A DNA stretch of 64,000 bases. Source: Negaprion brevirostris. Taxonomy: Eukaryota. Position numbers and translations under genes: made by a program. The notes under the pieces were generated by a model that was not told the DNA's origin, searched no databases, and saw only the letters and a program-made list of their open reading frames with translations. The number at the start of each line of letters is the position of its first letter. Position 1 is the first letter of the stretch. The stretch spans positions 11,442,296 to 11,506,295 of the forward strand of contig JARDVH010000110.1 in NCBI GenBank assembly GCA_030324005.1, in the 5' to 3' direction. Of this stretch, positions 25,271-38,789 are shown in pieces.

Positions 25271-26988
25271 TCACCCAACAAGGCTCCCAGCTCCATGAGA
25301 AGAAGACGGGAATAAACTAGGGGAGTTGGGTGGAGGGGTGGAGGGGCTAGAAACAAATCAAATGTTTGCTGTATTTTAAAAATAATTGCTCTCGTCTTAA
25401 ATTAGTGAACACACAGCAGATTTCCATTTTCTTCTTTCAAAATAGATGGTATTTTTTTCCTTTAGCCCCTGAGTAACAAGGATTGCTCTGTTAGTTTTGT
25501 GCTCTGTTGCTTCTAAAACAAAGTAAGCTTTTGCTCATGTCATTGACTGAGAAAATAAAATAGCAGGCAGAAAGTTTGTATGAAATGAAAACCTGGGCCG
25601 AGTTTTAGTATCCATGGTTCGGTGGATGTGGGACACACAAACTGGGATCAATTTGTAGACGTGGGTTTCGTGAAAAAGGCAAAACATGACACTGAAACAT
25701 GTCTTCCACACTTGTAAATGTGACTTAAGTCTTGCACAGAAGCTTGCGGAGGGAGGTAATTCAATCAGCTTGAGGCAGCCTTTGCCCTGTTAGATGAAAG
25801 ATGGCGTGGAGGTCAAAGGTCTTAGGGCTGCCTTCACCAGAGCACTAATCGATCTGCCATCAAGGTGGTGCCAGTCCCTGAAGTGGGATAAGAACTGAGC
25901 ACCACTTTTGGCTCTAATCTGCATAATTGTCTGATGCTTTATTGTGCACCCTTTTATGAAAAACAGGGACAAAACAAAAATTACTGCCAAGTGCAGTATT
26001 GATTCTGCATCTGTCTAAGCTAATTCGGTTAGTGTTTGAAATGCGCCTCTCACTGTGGTTAAGTAAATCCACTAATTATCGAGGTTTTGGGGGTAATTTT
26101 AATTCAATTACCTGTGGAATGGCTGCGAGGAGATGATCAGGTTTGGCTGACATGTGGAATCTGATTAAACAATTTGCTTATGTTAATAATTTGGTTTAGA
26201 AAGATCGACAGTTTGAGCCTTTCAGAAGAACAAATCAATCAAAAGTTTTAGGAAAATAACCAGGAAGGCTCTAAACTCATTTAAATACTGAAAGGCTGTT
26301 TTGTTTGCATTTAGCCTGCCAATTCCTCCGAAGTTCCTCTTTGGTGATTCACCCCAAGTGGTATTGAGCTTGGAGAGGTTATCCCTGATAGCCCTGAGAT
26401 AGGCTGCAGTGAAGGGGAAATGGGATGTCTGTATCAGCTTAGCCACAAAGTTGGCAATCCCAGCTGAAATCGTCAGGGGGGGTGGGATAAGTTGAATGGC
26501 TAAGATGCGTGTGTGTGTGTGAGACTTGAGGGGTGGGGGTACTCACTAGCAGCAGACATTCACCCCCACCTCCCAACCACCAGTTAGAATGGCCAGACAT
26601 TGGCATCTTGCTTCGCTGGCAGACAAGGAGCTAGGTGAGAGCCACAAAGGAAAATCACCTCTTTGGATCTGCCATTCCCTAGTAAAGACTTTGGGTCTGT
26701 TGACATGGGATTCTTGCCGGGTCTCCAGCTGGTCTGACTGCTGAGATCTATCCCAGCGTAGTGGATGCAACTCGAAGGGGAATGTCTCTTCTAAGCCCAG
26801 GGTGGCTGGGCAAGAAGATCCATTCTTGCTGTTCCCGTATTGGATTCTAAAGAGTAACAGTATGGGGTAGAATCTTGGTGTAATCAGAATTCCCACCTTT
26901 CCTGATATGCCAACCTCATCTCATCGGAGCCCTGCACTCAAATGGAGGAATTTCGATCATGCCCAGACCAGGCAATTTCAGTGCCTAA

Positions 26989-27210
26989 GGCCAAGATTTT
27001 TCCCCTCACCTGTGAAGCATTTTCAAGTGGGGAAGCAGCTTGCCATTGACCATCAATGGGATCTTCCAGCCCCATCGATGTCTAGGGTGCTTTGCTTGAC
27101 TCACCCTTCTCGCTGGTGGGGAACCTGTTGGGGATGGGGGGTTAGTGGGGCGTTGCTTTTAGTAGGATTGGATAATCCCACTGGTGAGAAGGGCTGGAAA
27201 ATCTGCAATG
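26989..27210. mobile_element. Harbinger-like MITE
   Basis: Ends ggccaagatttttcc ... ggctggaaaatctgc. Internal ccattg..gggatcttcc and aatcccactgg are similar to 1788 and 5813. Confidence 0.55.
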
Positions 27211-29104
27211 AAAGGGGATGGGATGAGGAGATCACAAGCCTTGGGTCAATTCCCTGCCAAGATACTCACACTGTATTTTCTGATAGTGAGCTATTCAGAT
27301 TGAGGCTTTCCCAGGCCCAAGATACCAATAGACTCCTGGCATCTGCATAACTAACCCCTGGTATGAACGGTGTGTGTCAGGCAGGAGGGCAGTCAATAGG
27401 AAGATTCTTACATTATTAATGAGGCAGCAACCTTGCGCATCCGCAGTCGCAGAAAATCCTCGCTAACCTGACTTGAGTCTTTGGGGCAGAGCGGGGAGAT
27501 GTTGGCAGAGGGGCAGGTGAATAAAAAACATTTCCTGTGATGTTTCCTTATTCACGATACTTACCAAATTTTTTTGAAAAGAAACACAAAATTGCCTTTC
27601 CTGTGACCAAACCCACACACCCATCCCTGGAATTGAAAGTCACCCGGACTCATTGTTTCATTTGAACTTCAAATACGGAGATTCTCTTTGTCTTTGGGAG
27701 AGGAAACCACTGGTAGCTTAGCAGAGAAGACCAAAAGGAAAGGGTTGCGTGCTTAGCAGTGATGTCCCTTGTTTGTTGATAGCAAGTGTTGCCCCTGTAT
27801 CCAAGACAGAGGGCAATGAAAGCCAGCCACATGACAAGCCTACAGGAGAAACCTGGACTCTCTGAGGAAAATACAGGAAAATATGACTTGCCACGAATAT
27901 GTACAGTATACAAGGAAGGAAGCTTGGACGAATGCTATGGAAAGGTGATAATGACGTGATTGGCCTTTTCCCAGTTAATCTGAATTGTACTTTTTATAAA
28001 AATCACGTTTCTTCCTTTTAAAAAGCAGAAAACAAATGATCTCAACGGACAGAAATAAATTGGAACATTTTCATGCACTCAAAGTGCAAAACGTACATCA
28101 AATGATTGTGTTGAAGATTTCTTCACGGTATACAGAATATACCTCTGGAGAGTCTGAGGAGTAGTTTTACTCCAAGGTTTGAGCAGGTAATGGTAGCTAC
28201 TTGTAACCTTCAGATGTCAATGCTAGGAAATTTCATTCTCCCAGTCTTTCTCCAAAAGAGAAGGAGGCAACCAGAAACCTCTTGGGATCTTGGAGAAACA
28301 CACCATTGGCAAAGTACAAATCCAGTGTCCTGTTCCTCTGGGTTAGTCCATAAGCAGAGACCAGTGACTAAATAAATGGAGCTGCCTTGGGATACAGGCA
28401 ACTCCCCCTCCACACCCACACACACATGCACACACACATTATGGACCAGCTATATAAGAATGAGGAAAGGGATTTATGTATTATTTTGTTGAATGTGGGC
28501 AGGCTTTGCTGGCAAGACCAACAATTGTTGCCCGTCCCTAATTGTCCTTAGAAAGTGGGACATTGCTTGTTCTAAATCATAATATGTTTTCGTAATCATA
28601 TAGAAACTGAAGCATCAAATGAATTATAAAAGAAGTGTTCTCCTTAATCTTCCCTCTCATTTAATCTGTTACTTGAAGTAATTTAGCAAGGGATGGACCA
28701 ATGTCCAAAAACCCTGGGAAGTATGAAAAACCCTCAAGGTTTTTTTTCAACTGACCTTTCTGTCTTATTTTCTCTGAATATTGAATTATTTTTATAAAAA
28801 CAAATATTTGTATGTTGGAATTAAGTCTTCCTGCTGGAATGTGGGGGAGACTGAAATTCCTGCCACAATGTGGCGTGTCGCTGTTTACTCGGAAGGAAAT
28901 GGGATTTGAGGAACAATATTGACAAACAGATGAGAACAGGGATGATTCGGATAAACGTTTTTCTGCTAAAAAGCATTTATTTATATCTGAATATGTAAGA
29001 ATGGGGCAGAGAGGGGGCTGGTTGGGAGGGAGGGTGGGGTGTTATTGTATGGGAAAACTCCCTTGGCCTGAGAAGACGGCCATTTCAACAGCATCACGGG
29101 GGTG

Positions 29105-29945
29105 GAATTAAAAAAGTGCCTTTATATAGCTACTTTCTCATCCTCAGCATGTCTCAAAGTGCTTGTCAGTTAATTAAGTATTTTGGAGGTGTGGTTACTG
29201 ATGTTTCGGTAAATATTACAGCCAATTTGCACACAATAAGGTCACAGCAATGTGACAATGACCTGATAATCTGAGTGAGTTGGTTCAGGAATCTCAATTA
29301 GCCAGGAGATTAAAGAGAACACCCCTACTCTTCCAATTGAGCTTTGGGAGCTTAACGTACAACTAAGGCCTTGGCGGGTAAAATTAAGGAGAATCCCAAG
29401 GCGTTCTACAAATATGTGAAGAGTAAAAGGGTGAGAAAAGAAGGGATAGGACCTGTAAAAGGTGAAGGGGGAAAAGTCTGTGTGGAACCGGAAGACATGG
29501 CAGAGGTGCTTAATGAGTACTTTGCCTCGGTATTCACGGTGGAAAGTGATCTGGGAGGTTGTACTACAGGTTTGCGGCAGACTGAAAAGATTGAGTANNN
29601 NNNNNNNNNNNNNNNNNNNNNNNNNNNNNNNNNNNNNNNNNNNNNNNNNNNNNNNNNNNNNNNNNNNNNNNNNNNNNNNNNNNNNNNNNNNNNNNNNTAC
29701 AGATAGTTCTATGGCTTGGTAGGTATAGATGTGATCGGCGCAACTTGTGGGCTGAAGGCCTGTTTGTGCTGCAGTGTTCTATGTTCTATGTTCTAAGGGG
29801 CTCACAGGACCTTGATTTAACATCTTATATGACAGACCCCTGATAATGCAGCACTCCCTCAGTATTGTGCTGAATGCAATCTAGAGTGACGTGGTTGAAG
29901 GTCTGGAGTGGGACTTGAAGCTGCGACTTTCTGATTTAGAGCAGA
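29105..29945 (-). mobile_element. DeuSINE split by a CR1 insertion
   Basis: Tail (tttatatagc...) and Deu domain at 29105-29365. The continuation with gcagcactccctcagtattg...ggagtgggacttgaa lies at 29796-29945. Confidence 0.7.
29367..29795 (+). mobile_element. CR1 LINE (ORF2 linker region, gap, 3' tail)
   Basis: Translates as LAGKIKENPKAFYKYVKSKR...MAEVLNEYFASVFT, characteristic of CR1 ORF2. Tail (GTTCTAT)n. Confidence 0.9.
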
Positions 29946-30950
29946 GAGAACAACTTTTTTGAAAAATGCACATGCTTGGTTGACTTTGAAATAAATTGCC
30001 ACCTTTCCCCAACACCCCCCCGCCCCCGCCTCCCCCCCAAGNNNNNNNNNNAAAAGTGAAAGCGGTGTTAGTGATGCTGAACCTCCAACTCAATCCCAGC
30101 CAACACAGCATTGAACAGAAAGGACACTTGGCATCGATACTGGTGTTTGGATATCATGACTGAGCCTTTGGTTACAGAGTTGTGTGGTTTTACACTTTAC
30201 CAGAACTTTTTGATTCAGTTGAATGACTTGCTGCTCCCTTTTTACCATCTACCTGGGGAGTCAATGACCATTGCGCCAGGGAGGCCCACGGTGAAAAGGC
30301 GTGGGACTAGCTCCCTCTTTTTACTAAAACTAGTGGCCTTAACCAATGGGATATTCACAGCCCGATGTCTGGAAATTCAGATAACTGTGCAGTACAGTAG
30401 GAAAAGGGATCCCTGGGCATCTGCACCTCTGTGCTATAAAATTCTTACAAAGGAATGGAGATAGCAACATGACTGAGACGCTGAATACTCCAGTCAGTTT
30501 ATACCTATTACTTGAAGTTTGAGCATTCAAGTTGCCTTATTGCTTTTAAAAGAACTCTGTCTTTACTTAGGGAAAAAAACATTTTCTTTACTCATTTAAC
30601 AACTTAGTATGACATTTGTGTTAGAGCACCTTATTTGCATGGGACATTCCCATGATGATAATACAGACCACTGCTCCCTCCTGGGGGAAAAAAGAATTTT
30701 TGTGAAGACTTTTCCCCATTAATTCTCCCCTGAGAGTTCCCTCCCCTCCTCCTCGAATCACTGCTTTTTGGTGAATAATGGGTTGAAACTGGGTACCAAA
30801 CCTTGAAGAGTCTGACAGTTTTACCCTTTTCATGTAGTGCGCTTTCCATTCCCTTCTAACCCCACAACTCATTCCCCTCCTCTCCAACTCAGGAACACAC
30901 AGGCCAGCAAGCGGCCCCAGCTGCTCCCAGGGTTGAGATCAGCTGACTCA

Positions 30951-31065
30951 GTAAAAAGTCTGACAACACCAGGTTTAAGTCCAACCGATTTATTTGATAG
31001 TAAACTCGCTAGCTTTCGGGTTCGTCCCTTCGTCAGGTGAATGACTGACTCACACAGACACAACA
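30951..31065 (-). mobile_element. Solo Penelope pseudo-LTR fragment
   Basis: gtaaaaagtctgacaacaccaggtttaagtccaac...cttcgtcaggtga is homologous to 62027-62125. Confidence 0.8.
31005..31041 (-). ncRNA. Minimal type I hammerhead ribozyme motif
   Basis: Minus strand reads ttcac-CTGACGA-a-ggg-acgaa-ccc-GAAA-gc-TA-gcgag. Core is complete, stem II is 3 bp, and stem I has one mismatch. Confidence 0.65.
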
Positions 31066-31156
31066 ATCACGGTGCCTTCACAACCCATACAACAGACTAA
31101 GCAGTGAACTGTTCTTTATTCGGGGTCCAGGCATCGCTGGCTGGACCAGAATTTCA

Positions 31157-31232
31157 GTAAGAAGTCTCACAAGACCAGGTTAAAGTCCAACAAGTTTATT
31201 TGTTAGCAAACACCACGAGCTTTCAGAGCGCT
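31157..31232 (-). mobile_element. Truncated Penelope pseudo-LTR fragment
   Basis: gtaagaagtctcacaagaccaggttaaagtccaac... retains only the GAAAgcTC half of the hammerhead. Confidence 0.75.
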
Positions 31233-32769
31233 TTTGCCATGGAGAAAGTGCTGCTGAGCTGCCTTTCTGAACCGTTGCAGTCTGTGTCCCCTGGAGGAGC
31301 CCAGTTTATTTTTAATAACACACAAATCTGACTGATACTTGTGNNNNNNNNNNNNNNNNNNNNNNNNNNNNNNNNNNNNNNNNNNNNNNNNNNNNNNNNN
31401 NNNNNNNNNNNNNNNNNNNNNNNNNNNNNNNNNNNNNNNNNNNNNNNNNNNNNNNNNNNNNNNNNNNNNNNNNNNNNNNNNNNNNNNNNNNNNNNNNNNN
31501 NNNNNNNNNNNNNNNNNNNNNNNNNNNNNNNNNNNNNNNNNNNNNNNNNNNNNNNNNNNNNNNNNNNNNNNNNNNNNNNNNNNNNNNNNNNNNNNNNNNN
31601 NNNNNNNNNNNNNNNNNNNNNNNNNNNNNNNNNNNNNNNNNNNNNNNNNNNNNNNNNNNNNNNNNNNNNNNNNNNNNNNNNNNNNNNNNNNNNNNNNNNN
31701 NNNNNNNNNNNNNNNNNNNNNNNNNNNNNNNNNNNNNNNNNNNNNNNNNNNNNNNNNNGCATCTGAAGCATGCCTGCTAATCCATTAGAGAAAACCTACA
31801 TTTATGTAAACACCTCACAAAGGAGATTAAGCACTTTAAATAATTGGACAGCCAAGAGGGGAAACACACTGGATCCACAGCACTCCGAGAAAGAACAGAA
31901 AACTGTATCTGCCCTCGGGAATTCTGTTAGAACTTGAGGATTGAGGCCTTCTGTGACGGCTGAATTTATGGTAGTTTTATTGTGATAATGCACTAACTGA
32001 GTTATTACCACAGCAAATCCTATCACTGAAGGCACACAAAGAAGTTGCCATCTGAATTGCTGCCACTGGAGCCAAATGCAGGCTTCTGATGGGCCTAATA
32101 GGCACCAGCAGTGCACTGCAAGCAAATGCAGGGAGAATGGAGCTGGTAGGCCATAGGTCTCTGTCTGACTCTCGTTTTCCCTGTGGCTTGTCAACAACAT
32201 GAAAACACCAGCACATTTGACAGGGCTGCCTCAGACTGCAGCTCCCGTTTACACTACAGTTACACTGCAGTTGCCAGAGTGCCAGCAACAGCAGAAGGGT
32301 GCCTGCATGGGGCAAAGACTGCGGATTATCACTGGATGAATGAAGAGGGAGTCGCAATAGTATTTTTCTATGAGAGAGCAATTAGAACATGGAATGCTTT
32401 GCCACAAGTGGCTGATGAGATAACGACAGAAATGCTAATGAGCAGGGGTTTGGATAGTGCATCACGTAATAGAAGAAGGGAAAGAGGTAGGACAGGGAAA
32501 GGACGAAGAGTTAGTGCCAGGAAATGCATGATGGACCAAATATTGTCATGAATGTGAATCTAAAGTTTCAAAGTTTCAACAAGACATGCAATATTTATTT
32601 TCTGAAAGCAGGGAGAGGGGGATTGGTAAGTGGGTCAATGTGGATGAGTGAGCTGCCAGATGGAAACTTGGGCGCCTGGTGTACTCAATAGCTTGTACTG
32701 GCCAGCAGTGGTGCTGTGGTCCAGCGGCACAAGGAAACATAAAGACTTCTTGTGATGTTTCCCCTCGTG

Positions 32770-33070
32770 TGGGAGACTGGAACCAGGGGGCACAGTTCAA
32801 AAATTAAGGTCCCCCATTTAAAGATGGTGATGAGGGAGAATTCTTTTCTCTGAGTGTTGTGAGTCTGTGGAACTCAGGGAGTAGTGAAGGCTGGGTCACT
32901 GAATAGCTTTGAGGCTAAGTTAGATCGATTTTTGTTCTGCAAGGGAGTCAAAGGTTATGTGAGTGGTGGGCAGACAGGAAAGTGGAGTTGAGATCACAAT
33001 CAGATCAGACATGACTTTATCAAATGGTTCAGGAAGGGTGAGGGGCCGAATGGTTCTTTGTGTTCTTGAT
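32770..33070 (+). mobile_element. CR1 3' end fragment
   Basis: gaaccagggggcacagtt..aaaattaagg, gatgagggagaatt, gtctgtggaactc, and ggggccgaatgg are CR1 ORF-end and UTR motifs. Confidence 0.7.
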
Positions 33071-35105
33071 GGCATTTCAAGACAATAAGTATTGTACTAA
33101 CCCTGCCTTATTACCTTGCAATCCTCGGATGGAGGTATTGCAAGTCCAGTGCTAAATATTTCACTGAACAGAGAAATCAACTAGCTATTTTTTTTCAAAA
33201 CAAAGTGACTTTTTGGATGTCCACAGAGCACAAATGTCCTAACCCCATTCTACCTTAATTAGCTGGTCGACTGCAAAGCTCAAATTGGTCATTGCATCCT
33301 TGGGCGAGAGGGAAATAAAAAGTGAAAGGTTTTTATTCCTCTTCATTCCCCACTGTTGGGTTGTATTTGTGTGTGGCCATTGGGTAAGAACAAGATTAAG
33401 TTTGATTCTGTTCCAAGGAGAAATGAAATTAATTTGAAAATGATTTTCTTGCAGAAGTCTAGGTTGGCAGGTGTTGGGGAATAAGGGTCACTGACATATA
33501 TATGTCCAGGTGCACAGATATAGACACGTGCACACAAGCGCACCCACTCAACCACAAACAGACACACACACAGCCATTAATGCTCATAACCAGATATACA
33601 TAGACTTTTAAATATATACAGATGTACACACAGATGCAGACATGCACATGCATGAACACACAAACATATATTTAGATCTATATACATACACGTGCAATAA
33701 ATTAAGGCCTAAATAGTGCCATTCAAAGTTCTGAAGAAGGTACTTTTAGTAGCACAGTAAATAGATTGAAATAGGATGCAAACCATATGAGTCCATGAGA
33801 ACTTTTTTTCATATTCAGTGGAAATGTGGATTTGGATTTTCACTGAGTCCAGATGACTCATGAACCCTTTAAAAATGTAGGTGGGCACCAATTCTACGAT
33901 TTCTGACCCCATTCCTGGGATTTTCTACAGGGTCTTTTAAAGGGGGTGGGTTTGGTTCACGGGCCGGCACACTGCAGTCCTGACCTGGCTGCTTCTGTTG
34001 TTGAGGAAGACATGTTCTAATCCTCCATAATTTTCATAGTGCGGCCCAACTTTCCAAAGTATCGTGGTTCACAGCCCCTCAGAAGTGTCATAAAACATAG
34101 TTTGTGTGAGGTAACCTTTGGAATTGCAAGTTCAAAAGGACCCCCTCATGCCCCCTATACTAGGCTATGCACCTCCACCAAATCACCCCAGTTCTTCCTC
34201 AGCCAGGTTCTTGCTCAAGACTCCAGAAGTGACTACATATGAACATTAGGTAAGGTATGTCAGACCTGGCTGTTTAGTTGCATACCTAATGAGACACATG
34301 CAAAGCAAGTGAGATTTTAATCTACTTAAACCCATTCACTTACACAACGTTGGAATCAGGCCCAGTGGCTCACACTCCAAGAATAGCCACTTAGTGAGGA
34401 ACTTATACCTTGAATTCCCACATGAGCATGAAGTACCGTGTTTATGGAACAGAGCATTTTGGGAGATGCTTTGGAATCCATTGCTACACACATGGGTAAA
34501 CTCCTTGATAACAGTAAATCTCTTAGTTACTCTCTAATTTACTGCTAGGTGGTTTTATAAGGCAGTAACTTCCAGCTACACTGTGAAGAATAATTTATAT
34601 ACTATGCCCTTACAAAAATGGTAAAGACTTAAAGAATGTCTGAAATTGTGAAGACAAAATTACATTTTTCTTCAACTCTAATGAAAGTCCCTCTTTAAAA
34701 GTTTAATTTCATATTGCTGGCCAAATGTTTTAATAATTAATTTATTCAGGCAAATTTATGTGGAAACCAGAAAATTAATTTTAGTAAACCCGTAACATTG
34801 AAAAGGAATTTGCATTTGTTTTCGTTTTAAAAATGCAATATTTGAGTGATTTTAGTGAAATGATTTCTGGTGAAAAGTAATTCAATCAAGATTTACTCAA
34901 AAGTTATGCAAATCAGTTAAGTTGTTTTGCTGTGATTATTTGGGCCAGTTTCAGTTTGGGGTATATTTACCTTGGAGTGGATGGATCTTTTGCAAAAATA
35001 ATTATAGAGCTGGAAGTCATGCAATTGGCCCAACTTCTGTTGGTAATTGATTGATTATTCTCAACTGACAAGAGAAATATGTGGTCCCTAACGTCACACT
35101 CATCA

Positions 35106-35491
35106 GGGAGATGGTGGCATAGTGGTAACATCACTGAACTTGTAATCCTCAGGCCCAGACTAATTCTCTGGGGACATGCATTGAAATCCCACAATGGTAG
35201 CTAATGGAATTTAAATTCAATAAATTGAAAAAAACCACGGAATTGAAAAGCTCATCTCAGGAATAATAGAATATTGATTGTCATCAAAATCTATCTGGTT
35301 CGCTAATGTCATTCAGGGAAGGAAATCTGCCATCCTTATCTGGCCTGGCTTACATGTGACTCCAGACCGCAGCAATGTGGTTGACTCTGAAATGCCTTCT
35401 GAAGTGGCAAGCCACTTGGGTCAAGGGCAATTAGGAATAGGCAAGAAATACTGGCTTTTCCAGAGACACTCACTTCCCATTGAAAGAATAA
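35106..35491 (+). mobile_element. tRNA-derived SINE with L2-type tail, near full length
   Basis: A box tggcatagtgg and degenerate B box ttgaaatccc. Body and tail match the copy at 20760. Confidence 0.8.
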
Positions 35492-35678
35492 AGTAATAGA
35501 AATGATTTGGGGAATGGACACTCCAAAGTGTCTAAGTTTGTGAATGCGATTAGGTGCAAAGGCCAATGAAAGCACCCACAAATCCAGTCTGATTTGTACA
35601 GGTCAGGTCAGCTGGCAGGGAGAGTTCAACACAAACCAGGGAGTTGGATAGCAGTGAGAATGGCGATTACCTCATAAC

Positions 35679-35776
35679 AGGTGGGAATTTCCGGCCTTGG
35701 GGCGAGCATGGTCTGCAAAGGTCCATGTCCTGCCTGCTATGATTCTCGTGGCGAGTGGGATAGGAACATTCCACCC
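35679..35776. mobile_element. Harbinger-like MITE, 98 bp
   Basis: TIRs aggtgggaatttcc / ggaacattccaccc. Identical 3-bp flanks AAC at 35676-35678 and 35777-35779. Confidence 0.6.
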
Positions 35777-36104
35777 AACATGGTTAAGAGCAGGACAGTG
35801 ATCCAGAGGTATTTGAATAAGTCCTTGAAATTATTATTTGCAGGCAGTTATGAAAGCAATATAACATTGGATAGATGTGGATGTGTCTGAGGAGGAGATG
35901 TTGAAGTTGTTCTGTCCTTATTAATATAGCACTGTGATCTCCAGATTGCAGGGAATTATTAGGTCCAGAGGAGTCTGATGGAGCTGATTCCTTAACTTTG
36001 AAAGTTGCAGCATGAGGAAAATTGGGCTATCCTGGAACTTCACTCAAAGAGGATGGGGGAACTTGATGGAGCATTTAGGCAGTTGGCTGATAGTTGGATT
36101 CATT

Positions 36105-36200
36105 GAGCAGGATTCTCTGGCCGTTCATGCCAGTGAGCATCAGATTCTCCATCCTTGCTGACAGCGGTGGCGGGGCATGAACGGTGGGAGAATTGCGGCC
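36105..36200. mobile_element. Harbinger-like MITE, about 96 bp
   Basis: Ends gagcaggattctc / gagaattgcggcc. Internal inverted ccgttcatgcc / ggcatgaacgg. Confidence 0.55.
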
Positions 36201-38742
36201 AACAACTAGGGACACATTATAAAATTAAGGACTCCAGAGAAAATGGACAAATAAGGCAACTTTTTTATTAGTGGGAGGGAAATAGAAAAATGGTATAGAT
36301 TCTGGGGAGGTGTGACAGAAAACCACGACAGAGTTTAAAAGGAAAAGGACTTGGTGAATTCTTATTCAGAAAATGGATAGAGGGCAATCAGTTCCATGAT
36401 AAAGTAAGAAAACTGTTGGGTGGCTCAAAAGGGTCGGTGCACAGAACAATGGGTTAGCTCAAAACATTAGCACTTTAAGTTGAAATGAATCTCTTCATAT
36501 TGTTCAGGGGCAGGTCCATCAGCTCTCAAATTCATGGAATGTAACTGGATTGATGAGACTTTGTGGGCGAAATTCAAATTTGGCAGAGGGGAAAAATGGG
36601 CACTAAGCCGTTTATATACCCTGCCCAATTAGAAAGGGGAATGCGCAAGAAAATGTTGAAGTTTATGATTGGCCTGGTGATAAATGCCTTACCGTGCTCC
36701 TCTATTAGGCAGGCCTCCCAGATTAAACAGTGCTGGCCTACTTTCACCCCTTCGTGCAATGAGAGCTTATTGATCCTGGAGTGCATTTCAGGCCATCTCA
36801 GATTGACCGCAAAGATTACCAGTTTAAAAGAGGGAAGTAAAAAGGAGGCCATTATTTTTATTTCAAGCATACTGTTCAATATTGGAAGGTAATGGAGGTT
36901 GTCGAGATGTCAAATGCTGGCAAGGGTTAATAAGGTTAAACAGACAGTGCTGGGGGTATCCATAGCAACAGAAGGCTGGTTTAAAACTTGGGGCTAATAA
37001 ATATGGATTTCTGTGTAAAAGCGGAGAGTCAGGTGTGTACTGCCTTTCAGTCCAGTGTGTTATTGTGGTGGGCCGCTGTAATGTTGTGTGGAAATGGATG
37101 GTTGCCGTGAGGTTGCATGGTTATTACATGTAATTGATTACTCGGTCAGGCTTGTGCTTTGCCACCAGGCCTGTCTCATCTCCATATGTCTGGTGTTGAA
37201 ATACAGGGACCAGCTGGTCATTCAGAAAGCTGAGACTGATACACTGACTCTTCCTTTTGGGCATCAGAGTGGAGGATGGGGATGTGCTTCAAAAATGCAT
37301 TGTGTTTAAAAAAGAAAATCATCTAAATCAGTGATGCATTTTTTTCAGCACCTTACAGTTTAACCCCATTAACTTTCTGTTTTACAAAGCACAGTAATGG
37401 GTATTCATCCCAACTTATTACTCTGTCCAATATAGCCGAGAAATTACTTTGAGGGATATTAGTGAATAAACACTGAATACATCTGTAAGCTGATCCTGCC
37501 AAGAACAATTTCTAGGCTGTACATGTTTAATAATGAAAGGAGGAAGGAAGGATGTGCTTTGATACAGATACTGACCCTATCTCTTAAAAACATTCCAACA
37601 ATGAATTAGTTCAATATTATTATTTAGGTAAACATCTATGGTAATGACTGATCAGACAGCAAAGTCCCGCTGAAAGCAATGGGACGAATGACCCGTTCAT
37701 CTCGTTTAGTGTGGGTTGAAAGAAGACCGCTGACCTGAGTCATAAGGAAAACTTGCTGTTCTTTGAAGAGTGTTTTGGTATCTTTAGAACAGAGTTTTCC
37801 CTGGGGCTTCGGGAGCCCCATCGCAAAGATCAAATGGGGGGGTCCCGATTGGCCACGTTTTCCTTGTCAGCTCAACCTTCCTAATTGGCTGTCTTCACCT
37901 GTATTGCCAAATTGAAGCTGGCTGGCAGGCTCTTGGTCGGCCCAGTCACAGTCCCAGCAGCTCTGGAGCCTTGGCAGCTTCACCAAGAAAAGGACTGTGA
38001 CTGTGACTCAGCATGCAGGAACTCTTGGAGGTGATAATCAAATTAAAAACTGGGGTGGATTGAAAGCTTTGGGGCAGAACAGGAACCCCTCCAGAGGGCG
38101 GATGGTGTGGCCTTTCATGCTTATGCCTCCCCCCCTCCCCCTCCCCACACCCCTCACCTTCAAANNNNNNNNNNNNNNNNNNNNNNNNNNNNNNNNNNNN
38201 NNNNNNNNNNNNNNNNNNNNNNNNNNNNNNNNNNNNNNNNNNNNNNNNNNNNNNNNNNNNNNNNNNNNNNNNNNNNNNNNNNNNNNNNNNNNNNNNNNNN
38301 NNNNNNNNNNCATGGTCCACATTTGTAAGCAGTGTTTGCGACCTTGGAATGTAGTATTCTCCTGATCAATAAATTGATATCTCAGAGTTCATTAGTCATT
38401 GGACTGGGGATGAGATCAGGCTTGACTATGATGTCTTCCGTGACTGAATTTATTCTCAGAGTGTGTGGCGATATATGTCCAAGACCGGATGGCACGTAAT
38501 TTTGGCAGAGAGTAGAAGAACAAAATTTGCATAAATTGAGCAATCACAAACTGACACTCATAGCAAAATTGCCTGATGGTATTCACTGATTAGGATTACA
38601 CCAGACACAAGTGGTGGTAAAGATTATCAAAACAAAAAAGGAGATAATTTTGATACAATAAAATGAGGGACTCTAGGTAAATATTTCAAAGCTGGGAAAT
38701 AACATTCATACAGGAAATCTATCACAAATTAAATTTACCACT

Positions 38743-38743
38743 C

Positions 38744-38774
<31 letters not shown>
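38743..38774. repeat. (TA)n microsatellite
   Basis: Directly visible. Confidence 0.9.
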
Positions 38775-38789
38775 GTACAGCAAAGGAGG

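Noticed and set aside
27556-27564. U1 snRNA 5' end (ATACTTACC)
   Set aside because: The match stops after 9 nt. At most it is a minus-strand donor-like site.
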